Below are positions 54,596-64,000 of a stretch of DNA of 64,000 nucleotides, piece by piece (the stretch's first letter is position 1; the number at the start of each line of letters is the position of its first letter). The notes below the pieces were generated by a model that saw only the letters and a program-made list of their open reading frames with translations, did not search any database and had not been told where the DNA came from. Source of the stretch: an uncultured Lachnospiraceae bacterium (GTDB taxonomy: Bacteria; Bacillota; Clostridia; Lachnospirales; Lachnospiraceae); contig CANQDA010000002.1 in assembly GCA_947591155.1 (NCBI GenBank), positions 102,052 to 166,051 of the forward strand. Reading direction: 5' to 3'. Position numbers and translations under genes: made by a program.

Positions 54596-54728
54596 ATAAT
54601 ATGTCCTCTCGTAGAAATCAAACAGTTGAATTCATGCTGAAATCTACTATACCATACAAATCAGAAATGTCAAACAATATCATGCGAGTAATTTCGACAC
54701 GGACTGCGAAAGAAAATAAAAAAAACTA

Positions 54729-54757
54729 TTGACAAAAGAAGTAAGCAGTATTATAGT
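54729..54757 (+). promoter_or_regulatory. Sigma-A-type promoter of the hrcA-grpE-dnaK-dnaJ operon
   Basis: TTGACA (54729-54734), 17-nt spacer, TATAGT (54752-54757). Confidence 0.75.
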
Positions 54758-54770
54758 AACAACGTAGATG

Positions 54771-54797
54771 TTAGCACTCGATTAAGAAGAGTGCTAA
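54771..54797. promoter_or_regulatory. CIRCE operator (HrcA binding site)
   Basis: TTAGCACTC-gattaagaa-GAGTGCTAA is a perfect match to the CIRCE consensus TTAGCACTC-N9-GAGTGCTAA. Confidence 0.95.
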
Positions 54798-54820
54798 CAG
54801 AAAGGAAAGGAGGAGCTCGG

Positions 54821-55846
54821 ATGCAGTTGGATGACCGGAAATGGACGATCTTGAAGGCGATCATCAAGACCTATCTTGAGACAGGCGAACCGGTCGGATC
54901 CAGGACGATATCGAAATTCGCGGATCTGAATCTGAGCTCGGCCACCATACGAAATGAGATGTCGGATCTCGAGGAGATGGGATTGATCCTTCAGCCGCAT
55001 ACTTCGGCAGGGCGCATTCCCTCCGACGCGGGTTATCGGCTGTACGTGGACTACATGCTGGAGGAGAAAGACCGCGAGGTCACGGAGATGAAGGAGCTTG
55101 TGCTTCAGCGGCAGGACAAGATGGAGCTTCTGCTCAAGCAGATGGCGAAGCTGCTTGCGGCGAACACAAACTACGCTGCCATGATCTCCGGCCCGCAGTA
55201 TCACCGGACGAAGCTGAAGTTCATCCAGCTTTCGATCGTCAGCGAGACACAGATCCTCGCGGTGATTGTCGCGGAGGGCAACATCGTTAAGAACAAGATG
55301 CTTCAGATCGAGCACGGACTCGATCAGAAGACGATTCTGGAGCTGAACATCCTGCTCAACAGTGCGCTCAACGGTCTGACGCTCGAGGAGATCAATCTCA
55401 GCACGATCTCGAAACTCAAGGAGCAGGCGGGCATCCACAGCGAGGTGGTCAACCGGGTGCTGGACGCGGTCGCGGAGTCGATCCAGACGGAGGAAGAAGT
55501 CGAGATCTACACGAGCGGCGCGACGAACATTTTCAAATATCCGGAGCTGAGCAGCAGTGAGAAGGCGAGCGAGCTGATCAGCGCGTTCGAGGAGAAGAAG
55601 GATCTGGTCGGGATGATCAGTCAGGACGGCCAGACAGACGAGACCGGGATACAGGTGTACATCGGACAGGAGTCGCCGCTGCAGACGATGCAGGACTGCA
55701 GCGTAGTCACGGCCACGTACGAGCTCGGGGAAGGAATGTACGGAAGGATCGGCGTGATCGGACCGAAGCGCATGGACTACGACAAGGTGGTCAGTACGCT
55801 GCGGACGCTGATGGCGCAGTTGGATCAGATCTTCAAAAAAGAATAG
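54821..55846 (+). CDS. hrcA: Heat-inducible transcription repressor HrcA
   Basis: MQLDDRKWTILKAIIKTYLETGEPVGSRTISK...SSATIRNEMSDLEEMGLILQPHTSAGRIPSD. The ATG at 54821 follows AGGAGG; the ORF-track GTG at 54791 lies inside CIRCE. Confidence 0.96.
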   Translation: MQLDDRKWTILKAIIKTYLETGEPVGSRTISKFADLNLSSATIRNEMSDLEEMGLILQPHTSAGRIPSDAGYRLYVDYMLEEKDREVTEMKELVLQRQDKMELLLKQMAKLLAANTNYAAMISGPQYHRTKLKFIQLSIVSETQILAVIVAEGNIVKNKMLQIEHGLDQKTILELNILLNSALNGLTLEEINLSTISKLKEQAGIHSEVVNRVLDAVAESIQTEEEVEIYTSGATNIFKYPELSSSEKASELISAFEEKKDLVGMISQDGQTDETGIQVYIGQESPLQTMQDCSVVTATYELGEGMYGRIGVIGPKRMDYDKVVSTLRTLMAQLDQIFKKE

Positions 55847-55861
55847 AAAGGTGGAAGACCG

Positions 55862-56686
55862 TTGGAAGAGAACAGGAACGAAGAGCTTCGTGAAGAGACT
55901 TCGGAGGAGAACATGCAGGAAGATCCGGCAGGCTTCGGTGAGGCATCGGCGGGGACCGAAGGAGCGGATCCGGATAGAAAGACATCGGAGAGTGCGGAGG
56001 TTGAAGCTTCAGCTGGAATGAGTCAGGAGGCGTCGAAGAACGGCGGGGACGGCCGGGACGAGGACAGCGCTTCCGCAAGTGACGAAGCCGAAGACGGACA
56101 GGAAGAAGATTCCCAAAGCGGAGCAACGGAAGATGTTTCGGGTGAGGGCAGTGATCCCGAAAACGGGGAGTCCTCAGACGATGGGGATACAGAGAGCCAG
56201 GGACAGGACGGGAACGTTCGCAGAGGCCTGTTCGGGAAGAAAAAGAAGGATAAGAGAGACCAGCAGATTGAGGAGTTGACCGATCGGGTACAGCGGCAGA
56301 TGGCCGAGTTTGACAACTTCCGCAAGCGCTCCGAGAAGGAGAAGTCGGCGATGTATGAGATCGGCGCGAAGAGCGTGATCGAGAAGATACTGCCGACGAT
56401 CGACAACTTTGAGCGCGGGTTCGCGGGGCTGTCTGAAGAGCAGAAGGAGGATCCCTTCGTGCAGGGCATGGAAAAGGTCTACCGGCAAATGTTGACGACG
56501 CTCGAGGGTATCGGGGTCACAGCGATCGAGGCGGTCGGCAAGCCATTTGATCCGAATTTCCACAACGCGGTGATGCATGTGGAGGACGAGGAGGCCGGAG
56601 AGAATACCGTCGTCGAGGAGTTCCAGAAGGGCTATCTCTACCATGATTCCGTGGTGCGTCACAGCATGGTGAAAGTCGCGAATTGA
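55862..56686 (+). CDS. grpE: Nucleotide exchange factor GrpE (with long acidic N-terminal extension)
   Basis: The C-terminal 150 aa are canonical (AEFDNFRKRSEKE...ILPTIDNFERG...GVTAIEAVGKPFDPNFHNAVMHVE). The first roughly 125 aa are D/E/S/G-rich low complexity. TTG start. Confidence 0.93.
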   Translation: MEENRNEELREETSEENMQEDPAGFGEASAGTEGADPDRKTSESAEVEASAGMSQEASKNGGDGRDEDSASASDEAEDGQEEDSQSGATEDVSGEGSDPENGESSDDGDTESQGQDGNVRRGLFGKKKKDKRDQQIEELTDRVQRQMAEFDNFRKRSEKEKSAMYEIGAKSVIEKILPTIDNFERGFAGLSEEQKEDPFVQGMEKVYRQMLTTLEGIGVTAIEAVGKPFDPNFHNAVMHVEDEEAGENTVVEEFQKGYLYHDSVVRHSMVKVAN

Positions 56687-56786
56687 ACGGAAGCTCAGGC
56701 AACAAATCACAGATAATAAGAGAGTCAAAGGATCGCCCGATGCAGGGCGGCAAGGTATAAGACAACAAGGATTTACAGATAAATAG

Positions 56787-58694
<1,908 letters not shown>

Positions 58695-58923
58695 GCGGGA
58701 TGCGAAGGACCGCGAAGTAGTACGGAAGGCATATCTTTACCGAGAGCCGGTCACGGTCATAATGAAGTGAGAAATGACAGATACGGCGAATATGTTTTCC
58801 AGATAGATGATAAGAAATGCGATACCCCTGGAGCGGTAAACTTCAGGGGCATCGTTGAGTAAATTCCGAAATTTTCTTTTAAGAACAGTGACCGTGTCAG
58901 GCGGTTCGGGAGGTTAATGGAGT

Positions 58924-60108
58924 ATGGCGGAGAGCAAACGTGATTATTACGAAGTCCTCGGCGTGGACAAAAACGCGGATGACGCGGCCTTGAAAAAAGC
59001 ATACCGTGCTCTGGCAAAGAAATATCATCCGGACATGAATCCGGGGGACGCTGAGGCGGAGAAAAAATTTAAGGAAGCGTCGGAGGCATATGCGGTCTTA
59101 AGCGACCCGGAGAAGCGCAGACAGTACGACCAGTTCGGTCACGCCGCGTTCGAGCAGGGCGGTCCGGGCGGCTTCGGCGGCTTCGACGGATTCAATTTCA
59201 GCGGGGATATGGGCGATATCTTTGGCGATATTTTCGGCGATCTCTTCGGCGGCGGCAGACGCCGCGGCGGTTCCAACGGGCCGATGCAGGGCGCGAACCT
59301 GCGGACGAGCGTGCGCATTAGCTTCGAGGAGGCGGTCTTCGGCTGTGAGAAGGAGATTGAGCTGACGTTGAAGGACGAATGCACGCACTGCCACGGCACC
59401 GGCGCGAAGCCCGGCACCTCGCCGGAGACCTGCCCGAAGTGCGGCGGCAGAGGCCAGGTCGTCTTCACGCAGCAGTCGCTGTTCGGTACGGTGCAGAATG
59501 TGCAGACCTGCCCGGACTGTCACGGCAGCGGTAAGATCGTCAAGGAGAAATGCCCGCATTGCTCCGGCACCGGTTATACTTCCAGCCGGAAGAAGATCAA
59601 GGTGACGGTTCCGGCCGGCATCGACAACGGACAGAGCATCCGCATCCGTGAGAAAGGCGAGCCAGGGACGAACGGCGGACCGAGAGGCGATCTGCTCGTC
59701 GAGGTGATCGTCGGCAGACATCCGACGTTCGAGCGCCAGGATATGAACATCTATTCAACGGTGCCAATGAGCTTCGCGCAGGCGGCGCTCGGCGGAGACA
59801 TACGTATCAGCACAGTAGACGGCGACATCATGTACACGATCAAGCCGGGCACACAGACCGACACAAAGGTGCGCTTCAAGGGCAAGGGCGTCCCGTCCCT
59901 GCGCAACAAGAACGTGCGCGGCGACCACTACGTGACGCTCGTGATCCAGGTGCCGACGCGGCTGAACGAGACGGCGAAGCAGGCGCTGCGTGAGTTCGAC
60001 CAGGCGACGGGCAACAGTCTGAACCAGACCGCGAACGCGGATAAGAAGGGTGAAAAAGGAAAAAAGAAGAGCTTTGTAGATAAGTTGAAAGAGACATTTG
60101 AGGACTAA
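58924..60108 (+). CDS. dnaJ: Molecular chaperone DnaJ (Hsp40)
   Basis: J domain (DYYEVLGV...YHPDMNPGD), G/F region and four CxxCxGxG zinc-finger repeats. Confidence 0.98.
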   Translation: MAESKRDYYEVLGVDKNADDAALKKAYRALAKKYHPDMNPGDAEAEKKFKEASEAYAVLSDPEKRRQYDQFGHAAFEQGGPGGFGGFDGFNFSGDMGDIFGDIFGDLFGGGRRRGGSNGPMQGANLRTSVRISFEEAVFGCEKEIELTLKDECTHCHGTGAKPGTSPETCPKCGGRGQVVFTQQSLFGTVQNVQTCPDCHGSGKIVKEKCPHCSGTGYTSSRKKIKVTVPAGIDNGQSIRIREKGEPGTNGGPRGDLLVEVIVGRHPTFERQDMNIYSTVPMSFAQAALGGDIRISTVDGDIMYTIKPGTQTDTKVRFKGKGVPSLRNKNVRGDHYVTLVIQVPTRLNETAKQALREFDQATGNSLNQTANADKKGEKGKKKSFVDKLKETFED

Positions 60109-60166
60109 TGCAAACGCCGCGTTTATACGCGGCTGTTTGTGATATAAGGCAGACACGGAGGTTTGT

Positions 60167-61120
60167 ATGCGCTGGAATAAATTTACATTAAAGACATTGA
60201 CAGAAGCCGAGGATATCGTGATCTCTTCGCTGGCGGACGCCGGGGTGGAGGGAGTCGAGATCGAGGACAAGGTACCGCTCTCGGAATCGGACAAGAAGCA
60301 GATGTTCGTAGACATTCTGCCGGAGGGGCCCAAGGACGACGGGATCGCGTATCTGAGCTTCTATTTGGAGGAGGACGCGGATTGTGAGGCGGTTCTCGCG
60401 CGCGTGCAGGAGGAGCTGGATTCGCTGCGGATGTTCATGGATATCGGCGAGGGAACGATCACGCGCGGGCAGACCGAGGACAAGGACTGGATCAACAACT
60501 GGAAGGAATATTTCCATCAGTTTTACGTGGACGACATCCTGATCATCCCCTCGTGGGAGGAGATGAAAGAGGAAGACAAAGACAAGCTGGTGATCCACAT
60601 CGATCCTGGCACCGCGTTCGGGACGGGAATGCACGAGACCACACAGCTGTGCATGCGTCAACTGAAGAAATATGTGACGCCAAAGACGGAGCTTCTGGAC
60701 GTGGGGACGGGCAGCGGCATTCTGTCGATCGTCGCGCTGAAGCTTGGCGCAAAGCACGCGGTCGGGACAGACCTCGATCCCTGCGCGATCAGCGCGACGA
60801 AAGAGAACCTCGAGGCGAACGGAATCCCGGAGGGCGACATGGACGTCATGATCGGGAACATCATCGATGACAAGCAGGTGCAGGACGCGGTCGGCTACGG
60901 GAAGTACGATATCGTCACAGCGAACATTCTGGCGGATGTGCTCCTGCCGCTCACGCCGGTCATCGTGAACCAGCTGAAGCCGGGCGGAATCTACATCACG
61001 TCGGGGATCATCGAGGAGAAGGAAGAGACGGTCGTCGAGGCCGTGAAGGCGGCGGGGCTGGAGCTTCTTGAGGTCACGCACCAGGGGGAGTGGGTGTCGG
61101 TGACGGCGCGGAAAGCATAA
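60167..61120 (+). CDS. prmA: Ribosomal protein L11 methyltransferase
   Basis: IDPGTAFGTGMHETTQLC and LDVGTGSGILSI SAM motifs, in the conserved position after dnaJ. Confidence 0.93.
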   Translation: MRWNKFTLKTLTEAEDIVISSLADAGVEGVEIEDKVPLSESDKKQMFVDILPEGPKDDGIAYLSFYLEEDADCEAVLARVQEELDSLRMFMDIGEGTITRGQTEDKDWINNWKEYFHQFYVDDILIIPSWEEMKEEDKDKLVIHIDPGTAFGTGMHETTQLCMRQLKKYVTPKTELLDVGTGSGILSIVALKLGAKHAVGTDLDPCAISATKENLEANGIPEGDMDVMIGNIIDDKQVQDAVGYGKYDIVTANILADVLLPLTPVIVNQLKPGGIYITSGIIEEKEETVVEAVKAAGLELLEVTHQGEWVSVTARKA

Positions 61121-61134
61121 ATAAGGAGAATCAT

Positions 61135-61881
61135 ATGCATCACTTCTTTTTAACGCCTGAACAGATAGGTGGGAAGTCCGTCCACATCACGGGCGGGGAT
61201 GTGAATCACATTCGGAACGTCCTGCGCATGCGGCCGGGAGAGCAGATCACGGTGAGCGGCGGGGAGGACGGGAAGGAATACCGCTGTGAGATCGAGAAAA
61301 TTGAGGAGGACTGCGTCACCGCGAAGATCATGTGGGTGGAGGAGTCCGGCGCGGAGCTGCCCTCGCGGGTCTGCCTGTTTCAGGGATTGCCGAAGGGTGA
61401 CAAGATGGAGCTGATCATCCAGAAGGCGGTGGAGCTCGGGGCGGCCGAGATCGTTCCGATGGCGACAAAGCGCGCGGTCGTCCGCCTGGACGCGAAGAAG
61501 GAGGAGACGAAGCGGAAGCGTTGGAACGCGATCTCCGAGAGCGCGGCCAAGCAGTCAAAGCGCGGGATCGTGCCCGAGGTGACGCGCGTCATGAACTTTG
61601 CCGAGGCGGTGGAGTACGCAAAGCAGTTTGATAAGAAGCTGATTCCGTACGAGCTTGCAGAGGACATGGAGCGGACGCGGGAGCTGATCGCCGGGATTGA
61701 GCCGGGCGAGTCCGTGGCGGTTTTCATCGGGCCGGAGGGCGGCTTTGACGAACAGGAGATAGAGCTTGCGCGCGCGGCGGGCATACAGCCGCTCACGCTG
61801 GGCAGAAGGATCTTGCGCACGGAGACCGCCGGGATGACGGTGTTGTCCGTGCTGATGTTCCATCTGGAGGTGGGGAAGTAG
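61135..61881 (+). CDS. rsmE: 16S rRNA (uracil1498-N3)-methyltransferase RsmE
   Basis: MHHFFL...HIRNVLRMRPGE (PUA-like N-terminus); C-terminal SPOUT knot IGPEGGFDEQEIE...LGRRILRTETA. Confidence 0.92.
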   Translation: MHHFFLTPEQIGGKSVHITGGDVNHIRNVLRMRPGEQITVSGGEDGKEYRCEIEKIEEDCVTAKIMWVEESGAELPSRVCLFQGLPKGDKMELIIQKAVELGAAEIVPMATKRAVVRLDAKKEETKRKRWNAISESAAKQSKRGIVPEVTRVMNFAEAVEYAKQFDKKLIPYELAEDMERTRELIAGIEPGESVAVFIGPEGGFDEQEIELARAAGIQPLTLGRRILRTETAGMTVLSVLMFHLEVGK

Positions 61882-61965
61882 CGCCAGTGTTAAAGGTGCA
61901 CAGGCAAAAAATACGCAGGAAAAAAGCAGCCATGTTGACTGCCTTTTCTTAATACTAGCTTTATA

Positions 61966-62265
61966 TCACATTGTTTCCATAAGACCAAGAAGTAATTCTC
62001 TTTGTATATCGGTGAGGGAACCCCATCGTGACAATAAGTGTTTTTGCTCATCAGATAAATCAATTTCGTCTCCCTCGGAAAAAAATTGTGATAATGTTAG
62101 ACCAAAAGCATGACATATAGCTTCTAATGTTGGTAGTGTCGGGGCATTGTTCCGTCTGAACATATTAGTAATAGTGGAAGACGCTAAGCCGGATTCTTTG
62201 CATAAACGATATTCTGTCCAATTTCTGTCATCCATTAGCTTTTTGATTCTTTTTTGTACATTCAT
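61966..62265 (-). CDS. XRE-family HTH transcriptional regulator (99 aa)
   Basis: IKKLMDDRNWTEYRLCKESGLASSTITNMFRRNNAPTLPTLEAICHAFGLTLSQFF: a Cro/C1 HTH. AT-rich. Confidence 0.85.
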   Translation of the reverse strand: MNVQKRIKKLMDDRNWTEYRLCKESGLASSTITNMFRRNNAPTLPTLEAICHAFGLTLSQFFSEGDEIDLSDEQKHLLSRWGSLTDIQRELLLGLMETM

Positions 62266-62456
62266 TTATCATCCCCCATTTGTATCAATTTTAATATCCA
62301 ACTGGGAAATATAATAGGTAGGATTAGTAGATAAAATATATCCCAAAAGGGAGCGAATAGAGATTGACCATATACGTTTTTTGCAGTAAAATAAAACGTA
62401 AATTTAAAATTGATGCTTTGTTTATATAAGAATATAGGGAGAGGAAGGTAGAGTAC

Positions 62457-64000
62457 ATGTTGAAGAAAAGGGTGCTAGTATTTTTTGTGAGTGTCATAAT
62501 GATGATAGGAAATTGTACCAGTGTTATGGCTGAAGATGATGTTATATTTGTTGATGGGCTTGGAACAAATATTACAGATATTGAAGAAAGTGATTTGGGG
62601 GAAACGATGGAATCTGTTCAAAATATAGAAACAGAGACGGAGAAAGGATCATTTTCAAATTCAACGCAAACTACGGAAATAATAATTGGAGAAACAACTG
62701 ATGATAGCAAAAATATGTCTGGTGAGGATGTAGAAAATCCGAATGATACTGTCGAACCTATTCAAGGTTTAGAGACAGAAACGGAGAAAGAATCCGATTT
62801 GGATTTAATGCAAGATACAGAAATCACAGATATTGAAATAGTTGATGAAAATAGTATAGAGATACAGGAAGAAGGGGTGATTGCACCAATCGACTTTTCT
62901 GCAAATGATTTATTGTACGAAGATTTTACTTATACATTGTCTGGAGATGATGCCAAGATTACTGGTTATATCGGAGGATCAACGATTGTTTCAATACCGA
63001 AAACAATTGGTACGTATACGGTTACCACAGTGGAGGCGAACGCTTTTAAAAGTAATACAATAATTAGAGATATTTATATGTCAGATACGATTACCCAAAT
63101 TGGAGATTCGGCATTTTTAGGATGCACAAATCTGACAAACATCCAACTTTCTGAGAATGTGACAAGTATAGGTGAAAATGCGTTTTCAGGATGTACGGCA
63201 TTAAAATCATTGACATTTCCGGAGAGTTTGACAAGGTTAGGGAGTTTCGGCATAATTGCAGGCACGTCAATCAGCAGCATAACGATTCCCCAAAATGTAT
63301 CCTATGCCGGGGATATATCAAGCGATTATTATGGTGGGGCATTGGCCGGTTGTGAAAGCCTTAAAGAAGTAATTTTTGAGAGCGGAATGACTAAAATACC
63401 AGATTATATATGTGCCGGTGGTTCCTATGGATCTATTTGCAATGTGGAGAAGGTAGTTATTCCGAATAGCGTTACCGAGATTGGAAGTCATGCGTTTAGT
63501 AAATGTGAGAAATTAGTTATTAGTAGTCTGCCATCTCGCATAAAGACGGTTGGAGATGGTGCGTTTCGCGACTGTTCTCAAATAACATCAATGTCATTTC
63601 CAGACACAATAACGGAAATAAGTAAAAGCGCATTTTCTTATTGTGGAGCATTAACAAATGTAATTATGAATTATAATAGTACGAGGGGATATACGGCAAG
63701 TGTTGGTGAATCAGCATTTTTAGGATGCACAAATCTGACAGATATCCAACTTTCTGAGAATGTGACAAGTATAGGTGAAAATGCGTTTTCAGGATGTACG
63801 GCATTAAAATCATTGACATTTCCGGAGAGTTTGACAAGGTTAGGGAGTTTCGGCATAATTGCAGGCACGTCAATCAGCAGCATAACGATTCCCCAAAATG
63901 TATCCTATGCCGGGGATATATCAAGCGATTATTATGGTGGGGCATTGGCCGGTTGTGAAAGCCTTAAAGAAGTAATTTTTGAGAGCGGAATGACTAAAAT
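62457..64000 (+). CDS. Secreted BspA-type leucine-rich-repeat (LRR_5) surface protein, 5' part; continues beyond window
   Basis: Not in the ORF track because it is open at the window edge. My translation starts MLKKRVLVFFVSVIMMIGNCTSVMAEDD (signal peptide), then an acidic region, then repeated ...IGDSAFLGCTNLTNIQLSENVTSIGENAFSGCTALKSLTFPESLTRLG... units. I found no stop through position 64000. Confidence 0.8.
   Translation, partial: MLKKRVLVFFVSVIMMIGNCTSVMAEDDVIFVDGLGTNITDIEESDLGETMESVQNIETETEKGSFSNSTQTTEIIIGETTDDSKNMSGEDVENPNDTVEPIQGLETETEKESDLDLMQDTEITDIEIVDENSIEIQEEGVIAPIDFSANDLLYEDFTYTLSGDDAKITGYIGGSTIVSIPKTIGTYTVTTVEANAFKSNTIIRDIYMSDTITQIGDSAFLGCTNLTNIQLSENVTSIGENAFSGCTALKSLTFPESLTRLGSFGIIAGTSISSITIPQNVSYAGDISSDYYGGALAGCESLKEVIFESGMTKIPDYICAGGSYGSICNVEKVVIPNSVTEIGSHAFSKCEKLVISSLPSRIKTVGDGAFRDCSQITSMSFPDTITEISKSAFSYCGALTNVIMNYNSTRGYTASVGESAFLGCTNLTDIQLSENVTSIGENAFSGCTALKSLTFPESLTRLGSFGIIAGTSISSITIPQNVSYAGDISSDYYGGALAGCESLKEVIFESGMTK
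63108..63397 (+). repeat. Intragenic long direct repeat, copy 1 (partner at 63711-64000; offset 603 bp)
   Basis: About 290 bp, identical to 63711-64000 except for 3 mismatches I can see (tcg/tca; aaac/agat). The second copy is cut by the window edge. Confidence 0.9.

Noticed and set aside
54791-54820. GTG start for hrcA at 54791.
   Set aside because: The codon lies inside the right arm of the CIRCE operator. An AGGAGG-preceded ATG at 54821 gives the canonical MQLDDRK... N-terminus.
63074-63883. Two near-identical 68-70-aa minus-strand ORFs (MLLIDVPAIMPKLPNLVKLSGNVNDFNAVHPENAFSPILVTFSESW...).
   Set aside because: They are the antisense reading of the duplicated LRR module in the + strand surface-protein gene, which has a signal peptide and a recognisable LRR_5 repeat pattern.

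Overview
The window looks like chromosome from a spore-forming, fairly high-GC Clostridia-type Firmicute, judged from spoIIP, Gram-positive RBS/promoter style and CIRCE/HrcA heat-shock control. No taxon can be assigned without a database search. A conserved backbone runs on the + strand: infC-rpmI-rplT, spoIIP, lepA, hemW, hrcA-grpE-dnaK-dnaJ-prmA-rsmE. In Bacillus-type genomes spoIIP-lepA-hemW-hrcA...rsmE is nearly contiguous. Here every junction carries accessory DNA: (i) an Arn-like sugar-modification cluster between spoIIP and lepA; (ii) about 30 kb between lepA and hemW, holding a beta-mannan/manno-oligosaccharide utilisation locus (SBP, 2 permeases, AGE-family epimerase, CE2-like esterase, 2 LacI regulators, GH26), an AT-rich island (XRE regulator, AMP-ligase, membrane protein, MNT nucleotidyltransferase plus a truncated copy, SWIM protein), a peroxide-stress operon, a HipA-like kinase, SPFH/RHH, cls, a Cd/Zn-type metal efflux module, a frameshifted DUF3786 gene, tag, an MFS exporter and a small AT-rich patch with a PD-(D/E)xK-like protein and a gutted Fic gene; (iii) pepD, a dipeptide epimerase and an SGNH protein between hemW and hrcA; (iv) an AT-rich XRE plus BspA-type LRR surface-protein island after rsmE. 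The left end carries a hybrid sensor kinase, DUF2130, an orphan microcompartment-shell operon (2 PduU/EutS-type BMC genes plus EutP/PduV) and a NEW3/ABC-2 transporter. I saw no rRNA, tRNA, CRISPR array, integrase or transposase, and no canonical named defence system. The signals most worth following are: a nested-palindrome intergenic repeat family (20.9 kb, 36.1 kb, possibly 17.2 kb) that has rewritten the 3' end of an OhrR-like gene; recurrent long polypurine tracts just upstream of + strand start codons; the XRE-controlled AMP-ligase/membrane-protein island; the Arn-like cluster with an ATP-grasp enzyme; the enzyme-less BMC operon; a G10 homopolymer frameshift; and a 603-bp near-identical intragenic duplication in the LRR gene. 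All functional calls come from motif recognition by eye on the supplied translations. None has been verified by search.
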